Below are positions 19,801 to 26,328 of a stretch of 64,000 nucleotides of DNA, in pieces (positions within the stretch are counted from its first letter, which is position 1; the number at the start of each line of letters is the position of its first letter). This stretch comes from Rhodothermaceae bacterium bin80 (lineage in GTDB: Bacteria > Bacteroidota > Rhodothermia > Rhodothermales > Bin80). The translations under genes were made by a program, and so were the position numbers. A model generated the notes under the pieces. The model ran no database searches and had not been told where the DNA came from. It was given only the letters and a program-made list of their open reading frames with translations. The DNA lies in the NCBI GenBank assembly GCA_002238805.1, contig MPNB01000007.1, positions 2,536-66,535 on the forward strand, given 5' to 3'.

Positions 19801-21075
19801 GTAATCGTAGAGGGGTACGCAGATACGGATCTCAAAGATTATGATGAGCCTGGTGCGGGTTCAATTGCAGAGGGAGGTCGTTTTGCGGTACAGATGCCTG
19901 AACAGAGCGAACAAAATTGCACTGAAGCGTGGTTCTTGCCGCTTTCAGCGAAATCATATCCTGCGCTCAAAGAACTTGGACAGCGATATATCGGCTGGTT
20001 GAATCAACGTGCTCAGAGTGCCATGGGAGATGAGAGGATAGGTACAAAACTGTTGTCCGATATGGCATGGACAGCGTGTACAGGCCGCAGTCATTTTGCT
20101 TGTCGCGCCGGCATTGTCTTTAATTCCGTTTCATCTCTTCGGGCGCGCTTGAACCACCTCATCAACTCCCCCAAAGATGGAGAGGTTACATCTGCGTCAT
20201 CTACCGTTGCGTTCACGTTCGGTGAGCAGAATATCCATGCCGCACAGCGTACAAACGCATTATGTGTATTGCCGCCAATATCCAGCCAATTCACGGATCG
20301 TATTGATGAAGTGATACAGGAAATCCATAATATTTCCTTATCCGATTTTCTATCTGGTGATGCAAAAGATCCCGCACTGTCTCCTGTCTTCCACTTCTTG
20401 GCACATGCATGTCTTACCGAGCTATGGAACCGCGTTGGTGTTCTACCATCATTCGTGATTGGAACGGGGATCGGGAAGATAGTATCGGCCTATGCAGCGG
20501 GAGTGATCTCGCTGGATACGGGCATTCGCATTGCAGTTCGATATGGCGAGTTCAGTGTTTCCGATGTAAAGGAGACGAGATCTATAACACAGGATATAAA
20601 TACAATTTTAGATGAGGCTGAGTGGTCTGTACCGCAGGTAACTATCCTTGGAAAATCTCCTAAGGACACCGTAGAAATGGGGCGAAGCATGGACCCAGAA
20701 CTCTGGATTGATCGGTTGCTACATTCTTCCACCAGTGATGACAATCTTGCTGAACTACTAACAAAGCATTCAATTGATGTAGTGATTGACATGAACGGGA
20801 TGCAAGAAAGTCTGGAAAAGGATACCGGAGAAGCCTCCAAGTCCAATTCTGAGAGAATGTTGGAATCAGGCATCGGAGGGCCTGTACTGATCGCAGGTAT
20901 AAAAGGTGAATGTGAAAAGGAGGGAGATACGGCTACAGGCTTTCTTTATGCGTTGGCTGCTGCGTATGAAGCGGGGCTCAGCGTCGATTTTACAGAACTA
21001 TTCGCAGGCAGGTGGTGCGATCGTATTTCCCTGCCCCTTTACCCATTTCAACGTCGCACGTACTGGGTTGAATAA
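10834..21075 (+). CDS. type I polyketide synthase, KS-AT-DH-cMT-ER-KR-ACP-KS-(degenerate AT)
   Basis: This is a single 3413-aa ORF. All domain signature motifs were read directly from the translation and are listed in the domain sub-features below. Confidence 0.95.
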   Translation: MINKPKQQPIAIVGMACRFPNAGDLRLFWELLRTGKSGITEGTPGSGKGRIGELFSDPVENKACRFGGYLSDLELFDASFFRISPVEAQFLDPQQRLMLEVCWHALEDACINPETLQGSRTGVYAGISNNEYRALVLNSSGINDPATSLYAVTGTSLNTAIGRVSYALGLGGPALAMDTACSSSLVAVHQAVSGLQQGETDLALAGGVHTIFSGQLLEFRANAGMLSPDGRCATFDAAANGYVRGEGCGIVVLKRFDDALSDGDRIWGVIRGVALNQDGASPGLTVPSRQAQEQVIAEALRNAGIAPTDVDYVEAHGTGTEVGDPIEAQAAGTAYSDGRDHSNPVLIGSVKTNIGHLEAAAGVAGIIKVILSMQHGLIPQHLNFNTPSPRIPWAQLPLKVVSSSMGWPHQGMRPKRAGISGFGWSGTNAHLILEEFCPETQEDKLASPLGRAITVEPILPKELPLCKEQSYLPRTVRLLPLAAKSSTALSAGVANYLEWIETLENDQSNGNGLPSSLLSDMAWSASVGRSHFPHRCGIVFESTAQLCSKLKELSSKCPEVQSYTSPKVAFLFTGQGGQWTHMGEVLYEREPVFRSVLKHLEEVFLEERGVSLLDVMFGRSTQDISATQWAQPAIYALECALVALWESLGVHPDVVIGHSVGEFAAASSAGIFSQEAGMRLITRRSKVLHSLSGSGVMAAIFAPRSMVEESVQAYNMKVQPEELSIAAYNGAHQVISGTPEAVKQILQQFESNNVRVSRLRTSHAFHSPLVEPALDELENIFDGIEIRPPSQTLISNVTGQLVASDERLNSDYWRRHARQPVNFAQGVQTLSGLGVNIAIEVGPHSVLGPMLLFAWPDASGNNTKPPSPPVTLPSVVRPSNKEGESDHHVGTDFLHAVARAYESGLPITFEGLYAGESRRRISIPAYQFEREYHWISRRQSRQRGAGSPLLGSRHESASGEIIFESELSPSDPSWLSEHLVYEQIIAPGALYGALAAAVISEENYGQVVIEEMQFYSPMLFALPKNGEERLRKVQVSIKKEAEDEPATLRIYSTSDEENTWTLHAECHLSRNTQSFPSSQDISLDSLTDSLSKVDLTDFYSSKAQVGIDLGYSFRTLNELYQDNGEAVAEVSLSPSPLRTVLHPMLLDGCFQVMSAASSEVRKGIDTAYLPFGWKQLILFTALPEQIVCHASLRDTPDHHSSENGLDTTPEVLTGELKLYDLNGKMIGEVRGFVARRATRSTMMSATQTRADLLYEVVWRETAAITGAQPADFLVTPTLAADRSEPYAKYLEALGVGYDSRLGLLHDLQKLAYAFALSTLKKLGWERIQNGSWEAEALRETLGVLPAHQRLFRRILELLSSAGLLEETDRHFRVLVPTGNPLPAIIPVDKEQFALDMLSQYPHGSVEIQLFQRCAKVLHRVLIGNEDPLEVLFGGEEPTPADLYSKAPVARAVNQVLSDAVSIAIENLPGGRRLRILEVGAGTGSATTAVLPCLSGCSYDYMYTDISAGFFTEAEALFGGEEASMQYGMLDIEKDPLQQGFSAHGYDLLIASNVLHATRYLDDTLKHCRMLLAPSGQLLALENFRPMGWLDLTFGQLDGWWRFADTYRPHHALASPDVWEEALLNAGFVDIAAFGLHPEHEPDRGIIMAQNAATILPPAGMWVLLGDFRGMAGELATELVSNNQQVVLATGENITSPESQEKTDSVRYTYVESTSREAWSEMFSNLPSDIPLYGIVHLVALNGHGIEAETSDIKDDVQKQVASALALSQALVDEDITVEKGVFYVTSGAQILEKEQGGKPAGAALWGLGKVIAHEADSLKARLIDLETSDSSSLPVLINELLYPEDENHIAYRYGKRHTARLVRTANNTDHLILPQKEPWRIQPNEGGSIDDLAIELFSRSPLDGRQVRVAIETVGLNFWDLFRTIDVVQEGLLGGEMCGKVVEIGPDVSEVSVGDDVVGLAFGTFASEVITHEAMLAPAPRGISKTAAATIPTTFASAELSYQLSGIAPGEKVLVHAGAGGTGMAAVYLAQDAGAEVFATCSPPKQAFLRSIGVEHVLNSRTIEFGADILDITNGCGVDVIVNSLTSPGFIEASLSCLTHGGRFVELGRADILTEEEMAELRPDVQYSILMLDVLKESAPEKVGHALKSVIRRFETGKLNPLVHTQWPIASVGQAMLHMRNARHIGKIVLAMPPLQSGRLRADRTYLITGGLGGIGSALAPFLIERGAGTIVLNGRRDPDPDVSEMIRELQGKGHAVHVELADVTDSAAFEDMLMRMERDLPPLGGVIHSVGVLSDASLTNMSWEQCEYVLWPKVLGAWNLHRLTMQYDLDMFVLFSSAAGVIGNRGQANHAAANAFLDQLALMRRTMGLPGQAIAWGAWSGIGEAEEHRERIEKSLAARGVNWITPEMGFEALDTLLRQDLCTSVVTSVDWSVFGESMPVQTPLLAELFESISQPEQEEPVLAGNFITRLRELPDSGREAHAISFLQQEIQAVLRLPKAPESETGFFDLGMDSLMAVEARTRLNRAFAGEYVASNTIIFDYPNITSLARHLVDELCDVETAPLPEVLSYEVHSDSIAIVGMACRFPGAPNLESFWQLLEEGGNAVSDSRPPDRDWHGMTGDPAADRDIFRKGGFVEGIEKFDAEFFDIRPIEARSMDPCQRMVLETAWHALEEAGINPQTLKGSPTGVYIGTGNSEYREVMRIRGRTDGVIGTMQSIIPSRLSFFLGLTGPAVSVDMTCASSLVAIDQANSALIHGKINLALVGGVKANLSNPVTQFMQELGMLSEDGCCRTFDSEADGFVRGEGCGMMILKRLSDARESGDRIWGIIKGASVNQSGASAALTVPNGSAQEEVIRNALSQAGFAASEVDYLEAHGSGSQLGDPVEVRAASAVYGEERPTDRPLLLGTVKTNIGHLECASGIAGVIKVILAMHHHVIPRHLHFNNPSSFIDWDALPVRVVAKKLDWPIATDRPPRAAVSGFAITGTNAHVIVEGYADTDLKDYDEPGAGSIAEGGRFAVQMPEQSEQNCTEAWFLPLSAKSYPALKELGQRYIGWLNQRAQSAMGDERIGTKLLSDMAWTACTGRSHFACRAGIVFNSVSSLRARLNHLINSPKDGEVTSASSTVAFTFGEQNIHAAQRTNALCVLPPISSQFTDRIDEVIQEIHNISLSDFLSGDAKDPALSPVFHFLAHACLTELWNRVGVLPSFVIGTGIGKIVSAYAAGVISLDTGIRIAVRYGEFSVSDVKETRSITQDINTILDEAEWSVPQVTILGKSPKDTVEMGRSMDPELWIDRLLHSSTSDDNLAELLTKHSIDVVIDMNGMQESLEKDTGEASKSNSERMLESGIGGPVLIAGIKGECEKEGDTATGFLYALAAAYEAGLSVDFTELFAGRWCDRISLPLYPFQRRTYWVE
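10858..12135 (+). other. PKS domain KS1 (ketosynthase), boundaries approximate
   Basis: Motifs are IAIVGMACRFP, DTACSSSL (Cys codon 11374-11376), EAHGTGTEVGDP, KTNIGHLEAAAG and GTNAHLILEE. Confidence 0.85.
12532..13390 (+). other. PKS domain AT1 (acyltransferase, malonyl-type signature), boundaries approximate
   Basis: Motifs are FLFTGQGGQW, GHSVGEFAA (Ser codon 12808-12810) and HAFHS. Confidence 0.8.
13670..14550 (+). other. PKS domain DH (dehydratase), boundaries approximate
   Basis: It shows LSEHLVYEQIIAPGA, an HxxxGxxxxP-type motif with Glu in place of Gly (His codon 13765-13767). HPMLLDGCFQ is also present. Confidence 0.7.
14880..15790 (+). other. PKS domain C-methyltransferase, boundaries approximate
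   Basis: SAM motif I LEVGAGTG lies at 15259-15282. Downstream motifs are YDLLIASNVLHAT and LLAPSGQLL. Confidence 0.75.
16462..17412 (+). other. PKS domain ER (enoylreductase), boundaries approximate
   Basis: The context is MDR-type (VAIETVGLNFWD), with the NADPH motif LVHAGAGGTGMAAV (HAGAGGTG at 16879-16902). Confidence 0.75.
17440..17990 (+). other. PKS domain KR (catalytic subdomain) with His in place of the catalytic Tyr, boundaries approximate
   Basis: The Rossmann motif is YLITGGLGGIG (17458-17481). The active-site stretch reads FSSAAGVIGNRGQANHAAANAFLD, whereas the consensus is ...NYAAAN...; the His codon CAT lies at 17884-17886. Confidence 0.75.
18280..18502 (+). other. PKS domain ACP, boundaries approximate
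   Basis: The motif is GFFDLGMDSLMAVE, with the Ser codon at 18373-18375. Confidence 0.8.
18562..19815 (+). other. PKS domain KS2 (ketosynthase), boundaries approximate
   Basis: Motifs are IAIVGMACRFPGAPN, DMTCASSL (Cys codon 19051-19053), EAHGSGSQLGDP, KTNIGHLECASG and GTNAHVIVEG. Confidence 0.85.
20200..21072 (+). other. PKS vestigial AT-like domain plus post-AT linker, boundaries approximate
   Basis: It is colinear with AT1 but the catalytic motifs are lost. FTFGEQN replaces FTGQGGQW, and GTGIG (20461-20475) replaces GHSxG. There is no HAFH/YASH motif. The protein ends with the post-AT linker LPLYPFQRRTYWVE. Confidence 0.7.
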
Positions 21076-21342
21076 CTTGGTTAGTGGTTGTGTAATTGTT
21101 GGTTTCACAAAAATTTGTGTGGATATTAATTTTGCTGGATGCATATCCTCTGTACGGATTATTTTGGCAATCTCCAAAGAAACTAACCCATCAGAGGGGG
21201 CGCATCCCCCGTATGTCCTGTGGGATCAGATAATGCAAGCTACAGAGTAAGAGCTAAGTCAGATTTTAGCCATCATGCTCCCCCACAGTCGGACTTGCGA
21301 ACGATCCAGTGATTAATTTCAGATGGGTACAAAAAAATCATC

Positions 21343-22395
21343 ATGAATCGACGCGAATTTACACAACGTACAGTCCAAGCCGCCGGCTTAGCCCTATTTC
21401 CGGCAAATATTCTCATCAAACAGACTGAACCGGACGAGATCATTGGTCACGGTGACTACCGTTACCGTGTGCACAGGATCTGGGGGCAACAGGACCCAAG
21501 CCTCGTGCCCGTTAATAACTGCCACGAAATGGTTCAGGACAGCGCAGGACGCCTGATTATGATTGGCGACGAAACACGCAATAATGTGTTGATCTACGAC
21601 AGGTCAGGTAAGATACTTGATACGTGGGGCAGTGAGTATCCCTATGGGCATGGCCTAACGCTCTGGGATGCTGGTGGAGAGGAATTCCTGTTCATTTGCG
21701 ATAACGGTTTCGATGGAAACCCGCAAGTTGTTAAGACCACATTAGATGGTCAGGTAGTTCTTAGGCTTCCCCATCCACGCGAGGTCGGAGCATATGCAGA
21801 GTCTGACGCCTATCATCCAACAGAAACCGCTGTGGGACCGAATGGGGATATTTACGTGGCCGATGGTTATGGTTCACAATGGGTTCTCCAGTTTAATTCC
21901 ATTGGCGAGTACATCCGAAAGTTTGGAGGGAGGGGTGATGACGATCATCAATTTCAAACGGTACACGGTGTATGCGTAGATCTGCGTGATCCAGATACAC
22001 CATCTCTGATATGCACGAGCCGGGCGCATAATGCCTTTAAGCGGTTCTCTCTCGATGGAGACTATCTCTCGACGATCTTTCTGCTTGGTGCATATGTGTG
22101 CCGTGCAGTGATTCATGGAGAGATGCTGTATTCAGGTGTGTGTTGGTCGAGGCTGCGTTACTTAAATCAGACGCCTGATTCCGGCTTCGTAACGATTCTG
22201 GACAAGAACGATCGCGTGGTTTCGAATCCTGGTGGCACCCTGCCCGTCTATGAAAATGGGGTTCTCCAGCTCATGTTGCAGGATGAGCCCATTTTCAACC
22301 ACTGCCACGATGTTTGCGTGGACACAGACGAAAACTTGTATGTTTGTCAGTGGAATGCGGGCAAGACTTATCCTATCAAGCTGGAGCGGATTTAG
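21343..22395 (+). CDS. Tat-signal six-bladed beta-propeller (NHL / peptidyl-alpha-hydroxyglycine lyase-like) protein
   Basis: The Tat-like N-terminus is MNRREFTQRTVQAAGLALFPA. Propeller-type motifs repeat through the protein (GDIYVADGYGSQWVLQF, NLYVCQWN). Confidence 0.7.
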   Translation: MNRREFTQRTVQAAGLALFPANILIKQTEPDEIIGHGDYRYRVHRIWGQQDPSLVPVNNCHEMVQDSAGRLIMIGDETRNNVLIYDRSGKILDTWGSEYPYGHGLTLWDAGGEEFLFICDNGFDGNPQVVKTTLDGQVVLRLPHPREVGAYAESDAYHPTETAVGPNGDIYVADGYGSQWVLQFNSIGEYIRKFGGRGDDDHQFQTVHGVCVDLRDPDTPSLICTSRAHNAFKRFSLDGDYLSTIFLLGAYVCRAVIHGEMLYSGVCWSRLRYLNQTPDSGFVTILDKNDRVVSNPGGTLPVYENGVLQLMLQDEPIFNHCHDVCVDTDENLYVCQWNAGKTYPIKLERI

Positions 22396-23996
22396 CAGCC
22401 TTTTAAGAATTGTACGTGCAGACTACGTGCGCTGCTGGCTTCAAAGCGTATCACCGTCCCCGTGGTCTTATCCGTTTCCATGCGGATGACGGGCATGAAC
22501 CAAGTGTCACTTACAAAGACATGATCAACAGCCTTCGTCAAAGTTAGCTTTTTGCCACGGGGACCACTTGCGACCAGTACACTGTCCTGAGCACTTATCG
22601 AGTAGGATATGCCAAGCTCTTCGCTCGTGTAGCATCCTTCGTACATAGACAGCATCGTGTCCTTTGACGGTGAAAGGCGTGTGGCATTTAATCCCTGTGT
22701 AGATGCGTTGATGACTGAACCCGAAGAATCGCGTGTGAATGTGATCGTCAGGTTGAGTGCTGGAATGCGGAGGGAGTCTACACCAATTGCTTGAACGGGC
22801 ACACGGGGGGTGGGAGGCCAGTGAGCGGAAAGTGATTCTCCTCTGGCGATTAACTGCAGAACGTATGCCTTTCCGAAGTCATAAACTCCCGCATAATCAC
22901 TTAGTGGAGGTACATCGCTCGCAGTAACAGGAGGCTGATGTGGCGGAGCCATGGATGCATCCAGGTAATGCTCTGCAATGCGCTGTGCCATGGCTGGAGC
23001 GTTCATAATGGCCGAATTGCTGAGCACAATTGCGGTGAATTCATGATCGGGTATTCGAAGGATCACTGTCCGAAAACCTGCCCATCCGCCTGAATGCGAG
23101 ATTGTATTCAATCCCCTGTAAGTACCTCTAACAAGCCCGAAGCCATAGGCAATTTCAGTACCATCGTCCAGCTGTCCCTGCGAGTTCATCATAGCGTGTA
23201 CAGCGGGGGACCCTACTTTTTGTTCTTCAAGGTTCCGTACCCATTTTATGAGGTCCTCGGTCGTCGTGTGCAAGGAGCTTGATCCGAGGGCCATTAGTCC
23301 GTTACCAATTCGCTGGATTTCGCCGAATTGTGAGGTGTAACTGATTACGCGTCCGGGAATGATCTCTTCGTGATCGTCCTGAAAATGCGTCCGTGTCATG
23401 TCGAGCGGCGTAAATATTCTTTCCTCCGTGAAGGCGCGGAAGGATTTTCCACTCAAGCGCTCAATCAGTAATGCAAGGATAGTGTAACCTGTATTGGAGT
23501 AACTGTATTGCGTGCCTGGGACGAAATTCAATGTGCGCTGGTGTTTGATAAAAGTGGATATTTCCTCCATGGAGATCACGTCCTCCATGTTGCGTCCTGC
23601 CATTGCAAGCATTCCTGGCCAGTCTCGAAGACCGCTGGTATGATGAATGAGATGCCGAAGGGTGATTGTATGCCCAAAATCCGGCAACTCTGGTAGATGC
23701 GTCCGGATGTCATCGTCAAGTGCAATCACCCCTTCATCAACGAGAAGTGCAATAGCAAATGCACAGAATTGCTTCGATACCGAGGCGACATCGAAAACGC
23801 TAGTTGATGTGATGGGTATACCGTGTTCCAAGTTTGCCATGCCATATCCCTCGTGATGCAGGACTGCCCCGCGATAGAGTACGACTACTGCGGCCCCTGG
23901 ATTTTTATTCGTATCCCAAGCACTGAAAATTTTATCCACCTGTGCATAGGCTGGTGCATGTGCAATCAGGAAAAGACAAATTAGGACCCGAATCAT
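22392..23996 (-). CDS. serine hydrolase, beta-lactamase (class C/EstB-like) family, with C-terminal extra domain
   Basis: It has a signal peptide, the SxxK nucleophile motif (ASVSKQF), YSNTGY and HSGG. Confidence 0.85.
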   Translation of the reverse strand: MIRVLICLFLIAHAPAYAQVDKIFSAWDTNKNPGAAVVVLYRGAVLHHEGYGMANLEHGIPITSTSVFDVASVSKQFCAFAIALLVDEGVIALDDDIRTHLPELPDFGHTITLRHLIHHTSGLRDWPGMLAMAGRNMEDVISMEEISTFIKHQRTLNFVPGTQYSYSNTGYTILALLIERLSGKSFRAFTEERIFTPLDMTRTHFQDDHEEIIPGRVISYTSQFGEIQRIGNGLMALGSSSLHTTTEDLIKWVRNLEEQKVGSPAVHAMMNSQGQLDDGTEIAYGFGLVRGTYRGLNTISHSGGWAGFRTVILRIPDHEFTAIVLSNSAIMNAPAMAQRIAEHYLDASMAPPHQPPVTASDVPPLSDYAGVYDFGKAYVLQLIARGESLSAHWPPTPRVPVQAIGVDSLRIPALNLTITFTRDSSGSVINASTQGLNATRLSPSKDTMLSMYEGCYTSEELGISYSISAQDSVLVASGPRGKKLTLTKAVDHVFVSDTWFMPVIRMETDKTTGTVIRFEASSARSLHVQFLKGC

Positions 23997-25330
23997 TGAT
24001 TCAATTTTTTAAACCAAACCTTATGGGTGCGCCCGGATGAGGCGCTAAAACCGAGTAAACTGTCCCCTTCCTGTTTGAACTCAAGAGTCCTCAGGTACCA
24101 AGCGTCACTGTCAAAAGAATTCAATCCAGTTCGCGACAGTGTTGCCAGCCTGCCCCGGCGGGAGTCCAAGTGCAGTGTATCGGCTTCCATGGTGATGTAT
24201 AGTGTACTGCCAAGCTCCTCGCTGTAGTAAGTGCCCTCGTACGCATTCAGGTGCTTGTCGTCGATAAACAAAGCGGCAATTTTCATTGCCATATCAGAGG
24301 GATTGAATTCTTCTAGATTACCAAGCACTACAATACCCAGATCGTACTCAGGGAAGCGACCGGCCCAGGCGCGAAACCCTCGATGGGAGCCGCTGTGCCC
24401 TATGGATCGCGTGCCTCTGAATTGTCCATGGGTGAGTCCAAATGCATATGCAAGCGTGTCACCATTTGTAAGTATACCGCGGGTGTGTGCCAGGTCACGT
24501 GTTTTCTCTCCACCGATTGTGCCATGCTTCAGCGCAGTCAGCCATTTCCCCAGGTCCAATGCGGTTGTATACAACCCACTTGCACCGACGCTGGAGTAGT
24601 TCACACGCTGTGCTTTATAGCCATTAGGTGCAGTGATATAGCCAGAGGCAACATTGGGGATCACGGTCCCTTGCTCCGATCTGAATTGGGATTTGGTCAT
24701 CCCCAGAGGCAGGAACAGACTGTCACGTGTCCAGTCGCTGAATGACTGTCCACTCACACGTTCAATAATTTCTGCCAACAGCGTATAACCGGAGTTGCTG
24801 TACAGGTATTCTGTTCCCGGATCAAAATTGAGGGCACGTTGACGGTAGACCAAGCGCAGGATATCCTCCTTCGTAATTACATCATCCATACGGTACCCGG
24901 TTAATGAGAGTAACCCAAATTCGTCGCGCAGTCCGCTTGTGTGATGTACCAGGTGCTCTGTGGTAATGGGGGGTGTGAATGCATTTAGCTCAGGTATGTA
25001 GTCTGTCACGGGGGCATTGAGTGAGATTTTGCCATGTGAGGCAAGAAGTGCAATACCGTACGCTGTAAACTGCTTGGACACACTCGCCACCAGGAACACC
25101 GTTTCAGGGGTGACAGGGATATTGTACTCGAGATTGGCTATACCGTAACCTTTGGAAAAGTGTACGCTGTCTCCACGCATTATCACGACAGCTGCCCCGG
25201 GGACATCGGGCTTGTTTATGGAAGAGAACAATGAGTCTACTTGGGTCTCCAATGACTGGCCGAAGGCAAGATGGCCGAAGGCAAGATGGCCGAAGGTCAG
25301 GAAGCATAGAATTAAAATCTTGCGTACCAT
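23993..25330 (-). CDS. serine hydrolase, beta-lactamase family (paralogue of the neighbouring gene)
   Basis: It has a signal peptide and the motifs SVSKQF, YSNSGY and HSGSHRG. Its stop overlaps the start of 22392-23996 by 4 nt. Confidence 0.85.
   Translation of the reverse strand: MVRKILILCFLTFGHLAFGHLAFGQSLETQVDSLFSSINKPDVPGAAVVIMRGDSVHFSKGYGIANLEYNIPVTPETVFLVASVSKQFTAYGIALLASHGKISLNAPVTDYIPELNAFTPPITTEHLVHHTSGLRDEFGLLSLTGYRMDDVITKEDILRLVYRQRALNFDPGTEYLYSNSGYTLLAEIIERVSGQSFSDWTRDSLFLPLGMTKSQFRSEQGTVIPNVASGYITAPNGYKAQRVNYSSVGASGLYTTALDLGKWLTALKHGTIGGEKTRDLAHTRGILTNGDTLAYAFGLTHGQFRGTRSIGHSGSHRGFRAWAGRFPEYDLGIVVLGNLEEFNPSDMAMKIAALFIDDKHLNAYEGTYYSEELGSTLYITMEADTLHLDSRRGRLATLSRTGLNSFDSDAWYLRTLEFKQEGDSLLGFSASSGRTHKVWFKKLNQ
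25258..25297. repeat. 15-bp tandem repeat (about 2.7 units: GGCCGAAGGCAAGAT) within a signal-peptide coding region
   Basis: The sequence read directly is ggccgaaggcaagat ggccgaaggcaagat ggccgaaggt. On the minus strand it encodes FGHLAFGHLAFG. Confidence 0.85.
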
Positions 25331-25368
25331 TAGGATTGGATGGTGAAACCAAAATTTAACTCAGGTCG

Positions 25369-26280
25369 ATGAAGATTCAAAAGTTAGCTCAGCAGACACG
25401 TAACCTTCTTGGTCTATTACTGATCTCAATATTTTTTGCAGGTTCAGTTGTAGCACAGGATCCACTCAGAATAATTGCTTTCGGTGGGCATCCAGATGAT
25501 TGCGAGGTGCGTGCTGCCGGAGTTGCTGCTATGTGGGCGGCAATGGGACATAAGGTAAAGTTTGTCTCGGTTACAAACGGCGATATCGGTCATTATGCTA
25601 TGGCGGGTGGTCCACTTGCGCTTACACGTAAGGCTGAGATCGAAGAATGTGGCAAGATACTGGGAATTGAGGAATCGGTCATGCTTGACAATCATGATGG
25701 TGAGCTCATGCCCACGCTGGAAAATCGCAAAACAATCGCGAGGCTGATACGCGAGTGGCAAGCCGATATCGTGTTGGCGCCGCGTTCGAACGATTACCAC
25801 CCAGACCACCGGTATACGGCAATACTCGTTCAAGATGCTGCCTTCATGGTTACGGTGCCATATTTCACACCTACCGTCCCTCGTGTAGAAGAGAATCCCG
25901 TGTTTCTGTACTACCATGACCACTTCCAGCGGCCTTATCCATTTGATCCAGATATTGCCATTGATATTGGTCCAGTAGGGGATCAGAAGTATGCGTGTAT
26001 GGCTGCACTCAGGAGTCAGTTTTCTGATTGGAATGCATGGCTTGGTGGTTACCACGACGAGGTGCCCGAGGAAGAGGAAGCACGGAAAGCCTGGATCCGT
26101 GAACGCTTTGAGGCGCGGGATGCGCGTGTAGCCAATGATTACAGGGATCTACTGATAGAGTATTACGGGACTGAGCGCGGCAATGCTGTAGAATTTGCTG
26201 AAGCATTCGAAGTTTCTGAGTACGGAAGTCAACCGACCCGGGAAGAGCTAAAAGCGTTGTTTCCCTTCTTTGACGAATAG
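25369..26280 (+). CDS. PIG-L (LmbE-like) family deacetylase
   Basis: A signal/anchor is followed by the metal-site motif FGGHPDDCE and by HPDHR. Confidence 0.8.
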   Translation: MKIQKLAQQTRNLLGLLLISIFFAGSVVAQDPLRIIAFGGHPDDCEVRAAGVAAMWAAMGHKVKFVSVTNGDIGHYAMAGGPLALTRKAEIEECGKILGIEESVMLDNHDGELMPTLENRKTIARLIREWQADIVLAPRSNDYHPDHRYTAILVQDAAFMVTVPYFTPTVPRVEENPVFLYYHDHFQRPYPFDPDIAIDIGPVGDQKYACMAALRSQFSDWNAWLGGYHDEVPEEEEARKAWIRERFEARDARVANDYRDLLIEYYGTERGNAVEFAEAFEVSEYGSQPTREELKALFPFFDE

Positions 26281-26328
26281 TGACTCGACGGATTTAAGGA
26301 GAGGTGTATTTGCTATAAAGCCAGTGTA

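Noticed and set aside
10847-20873. Many 60-180-aa ORFs antisense to or out of frame with the PKS gene (for example 17910-18449 minus, 18467-18893 minus, 16343-16814 minus).
   Set aside because: They lie wholly inside a 10.2-kb ORF with continuous domain homology. They have low-complexity Arg/Ser/Pro-rich compositions typical of shadow ORFs.
22392-25330. The two beta-lactamase-fold hydrolases as LovD-like acyltransferases or off-loading enzymes for the PKS.
   Set aside because: Both carry clear N-terminal signal peptides and so are predicted to be exported. They are convergently transcribed, and the family is very common in this kind of genome.
25444-26055. A 203-aa minus-strand ORF inside the PIG-L gene, and a 186-aa ORF at 61198-61758 inside the symporter gene.
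   Set aside because: These are shadow ORFs opposite to or out of frame with genes that have clear family motifs.
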